Under the pieces are notes generated by a model. It was not told the origin of the DNA, ran no database searches, and worked only from the letters and a program-made list of their open reading frames with translations. Below are positions 24,782 through 33,896 of a stretch of DNA of 64,000 nucleotides, piece by piece (the stretch's first letter is position 1; the number at the start of each line of letters is the position of its first letter). This DNA is from a virus. The stretch lies in IMG/VR virus record IMGVR_UViG_3300037311_000299, positions 1-64,000 of that record; one strand, given 5' to 3'. Made by a program: the position numbers and the translations under genes.

Positions 24782-26436
24782 CGGCGCGAGTCTACCCGGC
24801 GCTATTTCTTTTCGCTGGACTCGGCGGCGGCGCCCTCGGCTTTGCTCGCGCTAGCGCCCGCGTTCGTGGCGTGGGAGGCCACTTCCGCATCGCTGGCGCG
24901 GTCGATTTCGACCGCGGCGCAGCAGCCGACTTCGAGGCCCTCACCGGCGCCCCGTGCACGGTCGCAGACCTCGCTTCGATGACCCCCGAGGAGCTCCGGG
25001 CCGCCTGCCCCGAGCCCCCGGACGTCGTCTTCACCTCTCCCCCGTGCAAGAGCTTCTCTGGCTGCCTACCCGCTGCCGTGGCGGCGTCCGAGCCCTATCA
25101 GGCGATGGCGTCTCTGGCAGTACGCGGGCTCTGGCTCGCGCTCGAGGCATTCGCCGAGCGCCCTCCCCTGCTCATCCTCATGGAGAACGTCCCGCGGATT
25201 CAGAACCGCGGACGCGAGCTGCTCGACCAGGTGGTGGGCCTTCTCCGGGCCTACGGCTACGTCGCCCGTGAGACCGTTCACGACTGCGGGGAACTCGGAG
25301 GCCTCGGCCAGCGACGGCGGCGCTTCCTCCTCGTCGCCCGTCACGCGAAGGCCGTGCCGAACTTCTGGTTCGAGCCCCCGTCGCGCGGGCTGCGTCCGCT
25401 CGGGCAGGTCTTGGGCGAGCTGCCGGTGCCTTGGCCCAGAAGTGCCGAAGGCGGGCCCATGCACCGCCTGCCGAGGCTCTCGGCACTAAACTGGGTCCGG
25501 CTCGCCCTAGTGCCGCCGGGCGGCGATTGGCGAGACCTCCCGCCGCGGGTGCGGCTCGTCGAGTCGAGGGTCCGCCAGAACGGCGGCTTCGGCGTGGAGG
25601 CCTGGTCAGCGCCTGCCCATGCGGTGCTCGCTGAGGGGACCGTGCACCACACCCGCGCGAGCGTGGCCGATCCCCGTCTGGGATACGGCTCCCGTCGCGG
25701 GACCATGGGCGTCTCCGAGTGGGCGCATCCCGCCGGCACTGTGATCGGGGCCTCGCGCCCTGACAAAGCCGCGGCTGTCGCCGACCCCCGTCTGGGATGC
25801 TCGCCCCGGAACACGGTCCTCGGCGTCTCAGAATGGGACAGCCCCTCCGGTACCGTCATCGCCGCCGCCCAGGCCGACAACGGCGCCTTCAGCGTGGCAG
25901 ACCCCCGGCCCACGTGCGAGGTGCGCGAGGGCGCCTACGGCGTCACCTCCTGGGACCGCCCGAGCACCACGGTCATCGCCGCCGGGAGCATTCACAACGG
26001 GCCCTGGCAGGTGGCCGACCCTCGCGGGCGTGGGCTGCTCCGCGTGATTGGAGACCGCATCGAAGGCCCCGCCGACGAGCTGCGCCGGCTTGACCTCGCG
26101 GACCCAAGGCCGCTCACCGACCCGCCGCTCATCGTGGCCGCCGACGGCACGTGGCACCGGCCCATGACCACCCTCGAGCTCGCGGCGCTTCAGGGGCTCC
26201 CCATCCGGCAGGGAAAGGAGTGGCTCCGCCTCGAGGGCTCGAGCCACAGCGCATGGCGCCAGCGCATCGGCAACGCGGTCCCGCCGCCGACCGCGGAGGC
26301 CATCGCGGAGACAGCGCTTCGGGCGCTCGTCGCCGCCGACCTCGGCGTGTGGGAGCTCGGCGGCGAGGGGGTGTGGGTATCGCCTCCAGAAAATCGGAGA
26401 GAGGACGGCCCCGCCGTCGAAAGGGGAAATTCATGA
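24778..26436 (+). CDS. DNA (cytosine-5) methyltransferase with a repeated target-recognition region
   Basis: 552 aa. Motif I LFAGLGGG, IV TSPPCKSFS, VI ENVPRI, VIII QRRRRFLLV, X GNAVPPP. Four tandem ~37-aa units (GV-x-x-W-x-x-P-x-x-TVI...VADPR) lie between motifs VIII and IX/X. Confidence 0.9.
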   Translation: MTARVYPALFLFAGLGGGALGFARASARVRGVGGHFRIAGAVDFDRGAAADFEALTGAPCTVADLASMTPEELRAACPEPPDVVFTSPPCKSFSGCLPAAVAASEPYQAMASLAVRGLWLALEAFAERPPLLILMENVPRIQNRGRELLDQVVGLLRAYGYVARETVHDCGELGGLGQRRRRFLLVARHAKAVPNFWFEPPSRGLRPLGQVLGELPVPWPRSAEGGPMHRLPRLSALNWVRLALVPPGGDWRDLPPRVRLVESRVRQNGGFGVEAWSAPAHAVLAEGTVHHTRASVADPRLGYGSRRGTMGVSEWAHPAGTVIGASRPDKAAAVADPRLGCSPRNTVLGVSEWDSPSGTVIAAAQADNGAFSVADPRPTCEVREGAYGVTSWDRPSTTVIAAGSIHNGPWQVADPRGRGLLRVIGDRIEGPADELRRLDLADPRPLTDPPLIVAADGTWHRPMTTLELAALQGLPIRQGKEWLRLEGSSHSAWRQRIGNAVPPPTAEAIAETALRALVAADLGVWELGGEGVWVSPPENRREDGPAVERGNS

Positions 26437-26882
26437 CAATCCGAAGCATCGCATTTCCGGCAATTTTGGCCGCGACGGCGCTCGCAGACGGCCCCTGCAC
26501 GGGGTGGGACCCTCCCGGTGGGGGCTCCACTGCAGACGCGGCCGAGGAGGCGGACGCGGGCGAGGTCGCCCCGCTCTGCGAGCCGCCCTTCGGCTACGAG
26601 GAAGAGTGGGCTGGGGTCGAGTTCCCCTGCAAAAGGGACCAAGCCCTTCGCTGTGTGCCGATGGCTTACTGGATGGAGGACTCGTTTTGCGTCGCGGGGA
26701 TGGATATCGCCCAGCCTTCGGGCGTGATGGTCAAGAAAGTCGACTGCTACACCCGCCCGTGGTGCACCGAAGCAGGCACCGGGCTCAAATTCGTTCTCAC
26801 CTGCGTCAACCTCAACACGCCCTGCGGCTCCCTCATCACCTCTCCGGCCTTTGTGCCGCTCGTCCAGGAGGTGTGCGAGTGA
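26433..26882 (+). CDS. Secreted cysteine-rich protein
   Basis: 149 aa. Signal-peptide-like MTIRSIAFPAILAATALA. About 10 Cys. ATGA overlap upstream. Confidence 0.55.
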   Translation: MTIRSIAFPAILAATALADGPCTGWDPPGGGSTADAAEEADAGEVAPLCEPPFGYEEEWAGVEFPCKRDQALRCVPMAYWMEDSFCVAGMDIAQPSGVMVKKVDCYTRPWCTEAGTGLKFVLTCVNLNTPCGSLITSPAFVPLVQEVCE

Positions 26883-27118
26883 GGCACAAAATAAGGTGCA
26901 GTGACTGCTTTTTTTGGCAGCAAGTCACGTCGGGCGAAGGGGAGTGCCGCCGCAATTCTCCGCGCGTGGGCATTCCGGGCAGCGTGTCAAATGCCGACGG
27001 CAGCATTTTCGAAGTGGTGGTGAGATGGCCGGTCACGGCCGGGCGAGAGTGGTGCGGTGAGGCGGAGCCCCGCGTGGCGCCTGCGTCCGCGCCGCTCGTT
27101 GAGGATGTGTGCGAGTGA
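26879..27118 (+). CDS. Small Cys-containing hypothetical protein
   Basis: 79 aa. GTG start overlapping the upstream stop (GTGA). CSDCFFWQ...GECRR...WCGE pattern. Confidence 0.45.
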   Translation: MRHKIRCSDCFFWQQVTSGEGECRRNSPRVGIPGSVSNADGSIFEVVVRWPVTAGREWCGEAEPRVAPASAPLVEDVCE

Positions 27119-27378
27119 GCAGCATACGCACACCTGAGCGATGGCCCGAGTACGCCGCCGCATGGCGGGCCCATGCGACCCCGGGGGACTGGACCGAGGT
27201 CGGATGCGCGCCGGAATGCGAAGACTCGGCGTTGCTGAGGCCAATTGCCACAACGGCAGCAGGCCATTGGAACTTCGAGGAAGCCTGTTGCTGCCTCGCC
27301 TGCCAAATTTGGCACTGCGCCGTTTATGACTGGACACCAACTTTTGTGCCGAACACCGAGGTAATCTGCAATGAATAA
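27115..27378 (+). CDS. Small Cys-rich hypothetical protein
   Basis: About 87 aa. GTG at 27115 overlaps the upstream stop (the ORF track starts at 27109). CCCLAC cluster. Confidence 0.4.
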   Translation: MSSIRTPERWPEYAAAWRAHATPGDWTEVGCAPECEDSALLRPIATTAAGHWNFEEACCCLACQIWHCAVYDWTPTFVPNTEVICNE

Positions 27379-27808
27379 GAGCACCCTGCTTTTCGCGTGC
27401 CACCAGGGCACTTCCCCGGATGGCACGCCGATCGGAAACCTGTCAACAGTGTGGCCGCTGGCTCTGACCGAGATTTGCCCCGGCTCTTCCTACGAAGACG
27501 AGGAGGGAATTTGGGCGCTTTGGGAGTGGGGGACTGACGCAGTGGGGATTGCCGAGTGCATGGGGTTTGCCGAGTGCATTTTTGGCGACGCTGCCTTGTC
27601 CGGTCCCGGCCTAGTCGAACCAGGTAGCCTTTGGGTCTACGAGGTGGAGTGGGAATCTCGACAGGACGGCCCCGAGGGCCATGACCAATATACGTCGCGG
27701 TGGGCACATCTCCGCGGCGGTGACTTCAGGCGCCCCACCATCGAAGAGCTCGTGCAGCTCACCATCGACAGCCGGAGGCCGGAGGCGCCGTGGAGAATCT
27801 TCTTCTGA
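27371..27808 (+). CDS. Hypothetical protein
   Basis: 145-aa ORF overlapping the upstream stop by 8 nt. Confidence 0.5.
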   Translation: MNKSTLLFACHQGTSPDGTPIGNLSTVWPLALTEICPGSSYEDEEGIWALWEWGTDAVGIAECMGFAECIFGDAALSGPGLVEPGSLWVYEVEWESRQDGPEGHDQYTSRWAHLRGGDFRRPTIEELVQLTIDSRRPEAPWRIFF

Positions 27809-28065
27809 GGCCGGGCTGGACTCTGGACCCAGCGAGCCCCGAAGACATGCCCCGGTACTTCACGACCGTCACGGTGGACGGTCGGCGGGCTGAGGTGACG
27901 GTCGACTACTGCGGCGGGCTCGGGCCCAAGTCGAAGCCCGTCCCAAGCGCTCGGTGGGCGGTACTCCAGCTCGACGTGACGGTCTGGACGGTGAAGCGCG
28001 GCGCCGAGCGCGGCGACGGGTGTCTCGAGCTGGCGATGGCTCTCGCTGAGGAGGCGCTGAAATGA
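27790..28065 (+). CDS. Hypothetical protein
   Basis: 91-aa ORF (GTG start) in the coupled gene train. Confidence 0.4.
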   Translation: MENLLLRPGWTLDPASPEDMPRYFTTVTVDGRRAEVTVDYCGGLGPKSKPVPSARWAVLQLDVTVWTVKRGAERGDGCLELAMALAEEALK

Positions 28066-28694
28066 GCGATGAATTTCGCATCGAGTGGGCCAGAGCCGAC
28101 GTTTGGAGCCTGAAGTGCATGGCTCTCGGCGCAGGCGATGAGTGTCTCACGCGAATTTTCGTGCACCACTCGGGCCTTGGTCGGTGGTGCATTGAAGGAC
28201 AAAGCGCGCACAGGAACCTATCCGCCACCGCCGTCAAGTCGGTGGCCGAGAGTGCCGTGCGCGACATGGCGGAGCGAGCGCTGCGAATGCGGCGCGAAGA
28301 CGCCGCCACCGACGTCCACCGGCGGGTGATTTCGGAATACCCATGGAGCAGTCGCTCCCCCGTTGCTGTGCAGGGAGGCGAGCTCGCTTGGGACGACACG
28401 GGGAGTCTCAACGGGACCGTGCTCGGGCGGTCGGTCCGGGTTACCCGCGTGTCGGCCATACCGGATGGATTCCTCCAGGGGGCGCTTCGACCGTTCATGG
28501 AATCCGGCTGCATCGAAGAGGTGATCTCCGCCGCGGAGACACTCGCTCAGGTCCAATGGCCTGACATTTTCGCCAGAAACGCGAAGCACATCGAGGAATG
28601 CGAGGTTCACCAGCGCAAGGAAGACGAGCGCCGGGAGCGGATGAAAGCTCAGTTCGCCCAGGAAATGGAGACTGTGTTCGGGGTGAAGCCATGA
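28062..28694 (+). CDS. Hypothetical protein
   Basis: 210 aa. ATGA overlaps on both sides. Confidence 0.55.
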   Translation: MSDEFRIEWARADVWSLKCMALGAGDECLTRIFVHHSGLGRWCIEGQSAHRNLSATAVKSVAESAVRDMAERALRMRREDAATDVHRRVISEYPWSSRSPVAVQGGELAWDDTGSLNGTVLGRSVRVTRVSAIPDGFLQGALRPFMESGCIEEVISAAETLAQVQWPDIFARNAKHIEECEVHQRKEDERRERMKAQFAQEMETVFGVKP

Positions 28695-29245
28695 CCTTCG
28701 CCACGCTCCGCCCACCGTATTCGGTGATCTACGCCGATCCACCGTGGCACTACCGCGACCGCGCCAACGACGGCGCGCGCGGAGCGGAGCACAAATACCC
28801 GGTGATGAGCCCCGCGGAGCTCGCCGCGCTGCCGGTGCGCGAGCTCGCCGCGAAGGACTGCGCCCTGTGCATGTGGGTCACCTACCCGCAGCTGGCGGTT
28901 GGACTCGATCTCATTCGCGCGTGGGGATTCCGGTACTCCACCGGGCTCTTTACCTGGGTGAAAAGCAAGAAGAGCAAGAAAGCGGGCCCTGGCTGGATCA
29001 TGGGCATGGGCCACTACAGCCGAAGCAATGCGGAGCTATGCCTTCTCAGCGTGCGAGGCGCACCGAAGGTGGTCTGCCGAAGCGTGCAGCAGATTATCGA
29101 CACGCCCCGGGGCCGACACTCGGAAAAGCCAGCCGTTGCCCGTGAGCGCATCGTGCAGCTCTTCGGCGACGTGCCCCGCGTCGAGCTCTTTGCGCGAATT
29201 CGCCCGCCCGGGTGGGACGTCTGGGGAAATGAGGTGGGCGAGTGA
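28691..29245 (+). CDS. MT-A70-family N6-adenine DNA methyltransferase
   Basis: 184 aa. Catalytic DPPW (VIYADPPWHY) and the compact MT-A70-like layout ending in HSEKP. ORF 28598..29245 trimmed to the ATG at 28691. Confidence 0.85.
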   Translation: MTFATLRPPYSVIYADPPWHYRDRANDGARGAEHKYPVMSPAELAALPVRELAAKDCALCMWVTYPQLAVGLDLIRAWGFRYSTGLFTWVKSKKSKKAGPGWIMGMGHYSRSNAELCLLSVRGAPKVVCRSVQQIIDTPRGRHSEKPAVARERIVQLFGDVPRVELFARIRPPGWDVWGNEVGE

Positions 29246-29296
29246 CTTTCAAGTTTACACAGCGAATTTGGCTCGCCGCCGAAGGCCGTTCGCAGC

Positions 29297-29602
29297 ATGA
29301 GGCAACCGATGAACTCTCCATTTGTTCTCACACCCCGTGCCGTCGAGCGGTTCGCTGCGCACTACGGCTTCCGCCTGCCTGAGCAGGCGAAGTGGGTACT
29401 CGAGCGAGTCGCCGCCGCCTCGCACTTCACCAAGCAGCTCGAAACGGGCGAGTGGCTCTATCGCAGTCCCCGGCCTTGGCGGGCCCGGTTGGTCGTGGCT
29501 CCCGCGGAGGACGGCGGGGCGCCGCCGGTGGTCGTGACGGTGCTCCCTGAGCACGACGGGGCCTACTCCGGGCCCAAGCAGACCTTCAGGGGTCGTGCGT
29601 GA
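29297..29602 (+). CDS. Hypothetical protein
   Basis: 101-aa ORF. The next gene starts at an overlapping GTGA. Confidence 0.45.
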   Translation: MRQPMNSPFVLTPRAVERFAAHYGFRLPEQAKWVLERVAAASHFTKQLETGEWLYRSPRPWRARLVVAPAEDGGAPPVVVTVLPEHDGAYSGPKQTFRGRA

Positions 29603-29880
29603 GGAAGCCACGCCCCCGGCTCGAGCCATGGCAGTGGATTCTCGGCTGGCCTCGAGATCATGACCCCGAGGAACTGCCGTTGCTCTGGATGCGCCACGAG
29701 GTGACAGCGCGCAGCCCCGAATTGGCATGCAGGCAGGTCACGCGGATTCCCCTCGTGGCGCGGGTGATGCGGAGACCGGATTGGAATGGCCGGATGTCGG
29801 TGCGCCGGGCGGGCGGCACCGAAATTCACGAAGCGATCGTTTACCTGGGCCGGCAGTTTCGCCGGTGGAGGCTCCAGTGA
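29599..29880 (+). CDS. Hypothetical protein
   Basis: 93-aa ORF, coupled on both sides. Confidence 0.4.
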   Translation: MRKPRPRLEPWQWILGWPRDHDPEELPLLWMRHEVTARSPELACRQVTRIPLVARVMRRPDWNGRMSVRRAGGTEIHEAIVYLGRQFRRWRLQ

Positions 29881-30797
29881 TTGTCATGAAGGACTGCCCC
29901 CAGTGCGGGGCGAACAGGATTCGAGAAACCGTAAGCCATTGCGGCATGTGCGACGTCGCCGGTCGCCTCGAGGAAACCGTCTCCCGGCTCACCGACGAGA
30001 ACGCTCTGCTTCGCAATCTGCTCGATGAACTCGTGCGCCGCAAAGCGGCCCCGGTCTCCACCAACATACTATCGCCCGAGGAAGTCGAGGTATCTCGCGT
30101 CGAAGGGCGGTTGCACGTGACCTCCGATGGCTACGGATATGTAGTCGTCCCCAGCGCTGGCCCCGAAGACGAACGGGGGTTGAGACTCGCGCCTCAAATT
30201 TCGGTCTACGGCGGCGGATACTTCCACTTTCTGGCCCCAGACCCTAGCATGGTCGACATCCACTCGGTCGTGCACTCCCTCAGCCGCATCGCACGATTTA
30301 CGGGGCACCTGCGGGGCGGAACGTGGACCGTCGCGCAACACAGCCTTCTGGTGGCGTTCATCCTGCAGCTCGCCGCTGCGCCGCCGACGGAGCAATTTCG
30401 CGGGCTCTTGCACGACGGTGCCGAAGCGTTCCTTGGAGACGTCTCCGCGCCGCTCAAGCAACTCCTCCCCGATTATCGACGGGTCGAGAAGCGCGTCGAG
30501 CCCGTAGTGGCTCGCGCATTTGGGCTCGGCGCCCTCCATTCTCCGCTGGTCTCGCAGGCCGACGAGTGCGCCATGCACATCGAAGCCTCGCACCTGTCTG
30601 ACTGGCCCTGGACCAGCCGCGAGCGCGCTGACGAGCTCCTCCGGGCCCTCGTGCCAGGACTTGCCTCGTACCGCCGCCAGGCGGAGGAGTACTTCTGGAA
30701 GCTGCAGCGAAGCGAGCGCAGCAAAATCGAAGAGATGTTTCATGCGCAGTTTGGCAGACTCCGCGCAGAGGCTGCAGCGGAACGGGGGCTTCAATGA
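29877..30797 (+). CDS. HD-domain phosphohydrolase (YfbR-like) with an N-terminal zinc ribbon
   Basis: CPQCG...CGMC ribbon, then AQHSLLVA and LLHDGAEAFLGDVSAPLK (H...HD...D). Start is GTG at 29877 or ATG at 29886. Confidence 0.7.
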   Translation: MIVMKDCPQCGANRIRETVSHCGMCDVAGRLEETVSRLTDENALLRNLLDELVRRKAAPVSTNILSPEEVEVSRVEGRLHVTSDGYGYVVVPSAGPEDERGLRLAPQISVYGGGYFHFLAPDPSMVDIHSVVHSLSRIARFTGHLRGGTWTVAQHSLLVAFILQLAAAPPTEQFRGLLHDGAEAFLGDVSAPLKQLLPDYRRVEKRVEPVVARAFGLGALHSPLVSQADECAMHIEASHLSDWPWTSRERADELLRALVPGLASYRRQAEEYFWKLQRSERSKIEEMFHAQFGRLRAEAAAERGLQ

Positions 30798-31375
30798 GTG
30801 AAAATAAGGTGTTTTCGCTGGTAGTATTGAAGGACGGGCGCCTGGTGAGCTACAAAATCACCAGCAGCTATTGCCGGCCCAATTCTCTCAACAGTCAGTA
30901 TTTTCGACACCTGAGCCCCGAACAGTGCGAGGTCCGCGAGGCCACGCATTCCAGCTTCGAAGCCGCGGAGAAGTGGGTCGGCTCGTTCGAGCTACACCCG
31001 CTCTACGCCCTCGAGGAAAAGCGGAAGCAGGGGTGGCGGGTCAGTCTGCATCGGCTGGCGATGACCGACTACTACGCGGGGGTGGAGACACCCGCCGGGA
31101 GCATTTTCGGCCCGATAAGAGAAAGCCTGGACCTCGCCGCAGAGGATGGGCTCCGCATGGGCGCAGCCTGGGAGGCAGGGCTCTCGCAAGAGGCCTTCGA
31201 CGCTCAGCGCGCCGAGGTCATCCAGCATATCAACGGGCTCGCGGACAGCCTCATCCGTTGGCCAGCGCTGGCCGCCGAGGCCGAGAGAATTCGCAAGGTC
31301 GCCACATTCCTCGCGGAGGGCGAAGCGGACCGGATTCCGAAGAGATTTCTCGACGAAAAGGAACTGCCACAATGA
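30794..31375 (+). CDS. Hypothetical protein
   Basis: 193 aa. ATGA overlaps on both sides. Confidence 0.55.
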   Translation: MSENKVFSLVVLKDGRLVSYKITSSYCRPNSLNSQYFRHLSPEQCEVREATHSSFEAAEKWVGSFELHPLYALEEKRKQGWRVSLHRLAMTDYYAGVETPAGSIFGPIRESLDLAAEDGLRMGAAWEAGLSQEAFDAQRAEVIQHINGLADSLIRWPALAAEAERIRKVATFLAEGEADRIPKRFLDEKELPQ

Positions 31376-31608
31376 GCGACATCACCCAGGCGTGGCGCTT
31401 CGGGCGCGAGCGGCTGTCCCCGGAGGCAGTTGAAGCTGGGCGACGCCTCCGTGAACGGCGGCACGCGCTGGAGATGAATCTGCTCGACGCCGCCAATCGG
31501 GTCGGCGTCTCCATTTCGAGACTGAGCGATATCGAACGTGGACGCTGCCTCCCCACACCCGGGGAGGCAGATGCGCTCCGAGCCCTGCTCGGAGAGGTGA
31601 CACAGTGA
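31372..31608 (+). CDS. Small XRE-like HTH protein (paralogue of 33420..33896)
   Basis: 78 aa, MSDITQ...LLDAANRVGVSISRLSDIERGR. Confidence 0.6.
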   Translation: MSDITQAWRFGRERLSPEAVEAGRRLRERRHALEMNLLDAANRVGVSISRLSDIERGRCLPTPGEADALRALLGEVTQ

Positions 31609-32042
31609 CGAGCGAAAACATCAAGTGGGCCATTTTCAGCGGATCGAGCGACGACACCTTTGGGATTATCGAGGCGGCGGACGGAGTCCCCGTGGTGGAC
31701 CACGATGACTGCGCCCAATGCAGCCGCCGCGTGATCCGACTCGCCGCTCCTTCGGGCGAGGAGCTCCTGATCGCCGGACAATACTCGGACTTCAAAATGA
31801 GAGGGGGACAACAGGGGAGCTGGATGGTCGGTGTGTTGGCTCCCGACTCCTGGGGGCAGAGCGGGCGAGCCTGGCCGTGGCCACTCGAGTATGTCGGGAT
31901 GGAAGAAGCAGCGCTCCTCGATCTGCCTACCTACTCGCCCCACCTCAAGGTTCACATGCCGGTCGGCACTCGGATCGAGGTCGACAACGGCAGGTCCAAG
32001 GACGGCGAGAACGAGGGGATCGCCTGGGGGTTGGTGGAGTGA
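31605..32042 (+). CDS. Hypothetical protein
   Basis: 145 aa. GTGA-coupled start. Confidence 0.5.
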   Translation: MTSENIKWAIFSGSSDDTFGIIEAADGVPVVDHDDCAQCSRRVIRLAAPSGEELLIAGQYSDFKMRGGQQGSWMVGVLAPDSWGQSGRAWPWPLEYVGMEEAALLDLPTYSPHLKVHMPVGTRIEVDNGRSKDGENEGIAWGLVE

Positions 32043-32557
32043 CCACGGCCGTAACTCCCCCGTGGATGCTCGGGGCCGCGAGTCGACTCTGGTCCGTACG
32101 GGAGTTCCTGGTGCTGCAAGCCAAGCCTGGGGACACCCTCTCCATTCTCGGACTGGCGAACCTCGAGGCGGAGCGTCTGCTCGATCTGCGACAAACCATG
32201 TGTCGCGAGGGGGTCGACATGCTCGCGGCAACGGAATGGGCGGCTGCCATAGCGACTACCCGACCGTGGTCGCAGGACCAATTCGAGGAGCATTGGGGCT
32301 CGCAACTCCGCTTGCTCCGCCATGAGCACGCCGACTTGCTTCTGAGTGCCGAGCTTTCCGCCGGCACAGGGCGCGACGAGTGGCGCGAGCGGGCGCGGAT
32401 AGTCGAACACCGAATTGACCGCGTTGAGTCCTGGCGACGTGAGACCACGGAAAAGGCCGGCGCCTTTTGGGCTGGTTGGAATCGCATTGCCGCGGGCAGG
32501 CCCGAGCCCCTGGAGCTCAGTCCGGAGCACTTCGGTCGGCTGATGCCGAAGGTGTAG
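32039..32557 (+). CDS. Hypothetical protein
   Basis: 172 aa. GTG at 32039 overlaps the upstream stop. Confidence 0.5.
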   Translation: MTTAVTPPWMLGAASRLWSVREFLVLQAKPGDTLSILGLANLEAERLLDLRQTMCREGVDMLAATEWAAAIATTRPWSQDQFEEHWGSQLRLLRHEHADLLLSAELSAGTGRDEWRERARIVEHRIDRVESWRRETTEKAGAFWAGWNRIAAGRPEPLELSPEHFGRLMPKV

Positions 32558-32590
32558 CAAACGGAAGTCAATTCCCCCTCGGGGGGGTGG

Positions 32591-32863
32591 ATGTGCGCAA
32601 TGAGTGACACGAAGCCCAAATGGATCTGGCGCAGGAGCAACAATGCAGTGGGCATGTGGTGGCACCTGCCTCCGTCCTGGAACGCTCGTGAGTGGGACGC
32701 TATGAGCTTGGCCATAGAGCTGGCCAAGCTGAAGGGCTACGAGGCGATATCGGTGGCCCACCAAGACCCCGCGAGGCCCCGCCGGACCCCAATCGCGGGC
32801 ACCGAGAAGCACTTTCGGGTCAAGGTGCGGACCGTGTACGACGCGCTCGAGGTGACGAAGTGA
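32591..32863 (+). CDS. Hypothetical protein
   Basis: 90-aa ORF after a 33-nt gap. Confidence 0.45.
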   Translation: MCAMSDTKPKWIWRRSNNAVGMWWHLPPSWNAREWDAMSLAIELAKLKGYEAISVAHQDPARPRRTPIAGTEKHFRVKVRTVYDALEVTK

Positions 32864-33423
32864 GCGGCATGCACGGCCGGGCCGAGTCCGAGCCTTGCGC
32901 AGAGCGCCGATTTCGTCACGGCGAAATCGACCTTTACCCCGCACCGCACGGGGAGTGTAGCACTGCCGAGGCGTGGCGCTACGCGCGTTTCGGCGGCTCC
33001 GCAGTTATCAGCGGAGCGCGGAGCCCCGAAGAGGCTCTATGCGGGCTGGCGGCACGGCTCCGAGAAAAGGCCCAGGGGCTGAAAAGGTCGGCAGATAAAT
33101 ATGCGGACCCCCCGTTTTTGACAGACGCGGAACAGGCCGAGGAACACGCCCGCGCGGCTGAAGCGTGGGCGGAGAAACTGGAGGCGGAGCAAATGGGCGA
33201 AAACCGAAACGGCGTGTACCTCCGCCCCGTCCAGGACGGCTGGGAGGCGTCGGCTTCAACGTGCGTTGGGCGTGCCTCGGAGCCAGAGCTCTCACTCAGA
33301 CAGCTCGCGGAGAAACTCGACCGTCAGGCGCGAATTGTGCGCCCGATGTCGGCGGCAGGGCGTGTGGAGGAGTGGGCTGGCATCGCGAGGGAGTGGGCCG
33401 CGGCATTGGAGGCCAAGAAATGA
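32860..33423 (+). CDS. Hypothetical protein
   Basis: 187 aa. GTGA-coupled start. Confidence 0.5.
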   Translation: MSGMHGRAESEPCAERRFRHGEIDLYPAPHGECSTAEAWRYARFGGSAVISGARSPEEALCGLAARLREKAQGLKRSADKYADPPFLTDAEQAEEHARAAEAWAEKLEAEQMGENRNGVYLRPVQDGWEASASTCVGRASEPELSLRQLAEKLDRQARIVRPMSAAGRVEEWAGIAREWAAALEAKK

Positions 33424-33896
33424 GCGACATCACACAGACGCGAAGCGCGGAGAGAGAGCCAATGACGGAAGTCCACCACTGGGTAAGGATTGGCGACGTC
33501 CCGGTCGGGACGTGGATTAGCAGGACCCGGCGCGAGCAGGGCCGCTCCATGGGCGACGTATCGCGCGCAATCGGGTGCCCTGTCCCCAGGGTGAGCGATC
33601 TCGAGTTCGGCCGAGCGTTCCCGACACCCGGTGAAGCGGAGGCCCTGGACCTTCTACTCGGCACTGACGGCCGCATCTCGCGAGCGGTGCGTAGGGCGGA
33701 AGAGCGGCGCGAGCTCCTGGTCTGGGCCTCACAAAGTCCACGCGTACTTGCGACGCTGGAAGCCCTGCTCCTCGCGCAGAGATGCGAGAATTGCGGCAGG
33801 AGCGTCCCCAGGTATCGAGCCCTGCAACTGCAACCCATGTGCGAAGTCTGCATTCCGCCGCCGGCTCCGCTGCCTGTGCGGGAGGTGGGCGAATGA
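33420..33896 (+). CDS. HTH protein with a C-terminal zinc ribbon (paralogue of 31372..31608)
   Basis: 158 aa. MSDITQ..., MGDVSRAIGCPVPRVSDLEFGR, CENCG...CEVC. Confidence 0.55.
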   Translation: MSDITQTRSAEREPMTEVHHWVRIGDVPVGTWISRTRREQGRSMGDVSRAIGCPVPRVSDLEFGRAFPTPGEAEALDLLLGTDGRISRAVRRAEERRELLVWASQSPRVLATLEALLLAQRCENCGRSVPRYRALQLQPMCEVCIPPPAPLPVREVGE

